From Eledone cirrhosa (taxonomy: Eukaryota): a stretch of 64,000 nucleotides of DNA. A program made the translations under genes and the position numbers. Below the pieces are notes generated by a model. It had not been told where the DNA came from. It made no database searches and saw only the letters and a program-made list of their open reading frames with translations. The stretch lies in contig OZ024749.1 in assembly GCA_964016885.1 (NCBI GenBank), forward strand, positions 21,638,001 to 21,702,000, written 5' to 3'. Positions 63,493-64,000 of the stretch are shown in pieces; position 1 is the stretch's first letter, and each line of letters begins with the position of its first letter.

Positions 63493-64000
63493 GGTTCAGG
63501 GTTAGTGTTAGAGTTAAGGTTGGTGTTATGGTTCGGGTTATGGTTAGGTTTAGGGTTAATGTATAGGGTTTAGGGTTTAGGGTTAGGGTTAGGGTAAGGG
63601 TTAGGGTTAGGTTTAGGTTTACTGTTAGGGTTAGGGTTTAGGCTTAGTGTTAGGGGTAGGGTTAATTTTAAGGTTTGGCTTAGGGTTAGCGTTAGGTTTA
63701 GGGTTAGGTTTATGTTTAGCGTTAGGGTTAGGGTTAGGGTTAGGATTAGGATTTAGTGTTAGGGTTAGGGTTAGGTTTCTTGTTAAGGTTTTTTCATTTT
63801 TTCGATTTTTTCATTTTTTTCTTATTTGGATTTTTTGATTTTTTCAAATTTTTCTTTTTTCGTTTTTTCAATTTGTTAGCGTTAGGGTTAGGGGTATGTA
63901 TAGGGTTAGTGTTTAGGGTTTTGGGTTTAGGGTTATGGTTAGGGTTAGTGTTAGGTTTAGGTTTAGGGTTAGGTTTAGGGTTAAGGCGAGGGTTAGGATT

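Larger units (their letters stand above)
1..64000 (+). repeat. Composite telomere-derived satellite: degenerate (TTAGGG)n tracts interleaved with T-rich (TTTTTTCGA/TTTTTCAT)n blocks; subtelomeric or large interstitial telomeric array
   Basis: TTAGGG and single-substitution variants (TTAGTG, TTAGGT, TTAGAG, TTAGCG, TTATGG, TTAAGG, TTACGG, TTAGGA, plus 7-mer TTTAGGG) run from first to last base, interrupted only by T-rich blocks. No unique sequence and no CCCTAA tract seen on the + strand. Confidence 0.97.

Noticed and set aside
470-63838. All ORF-track proteins (LGLGLG, RVRVRV, F-rich; minus-strand LTLT/NPNP/K-rich)
   Set aside because: They are reading frames of TTAGGG and the T-blocks: short, low complexity, mostly non-ATG starts and no domain. 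VR/GL dipeptide translation of TERRA has been reported in mammals, but nothing in this sequence supports expression.
1-64000. CRISPR-like repeat/spacer alternation
   Set aside because: The would-be spacers are themselves repeated, low complexity and variable in length. There is no fixed-length repeat and no cas gene.
1-64000. Head-to-head telomere fusion site
   Set aside because: No switch to CCCTAA was seen on the + strand.

Overview
The whole 64 kb window is non-coding, single-orientation composite satellite DNA from a eukaryote that uses the TTAGGG telomere repeat; the organism cannot be identified from the sequence. Degenerate (TTAGGG)n tracts of ~100-1100 bp alternate with ~45-270 bp T-rich blocks built from 8-9 bp units (TTTTTTCGA / TTTTTCAT). 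The T-blocks fall into about seven families (here named A-G) that recur in a stereotyped order, giving a hierarchy: hexamer, then a ~250-400 bp G-tract+T-block monomer, then a ~3.1 kb higher-order unit, then recent tandem duplications of 0.2-3.5 kb and a ~6 kb block repeated ~15.6-15.8 kb away. The G-rich strand is the + strand throughout and I saw no inverted CCCTAA tract, so any chromosome end would lie to the right. No gene, RNA gene or transposon can be supported; all ORFs in the track are reading frames of the repeats. The most interesting signal is that long perfect TTAGGG runs sit exactly at rearrangement junctions, which suggests cycles of de novo repeat addition followed by recombinational copying. 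Coordinates were read by eye and block edges are approximate.
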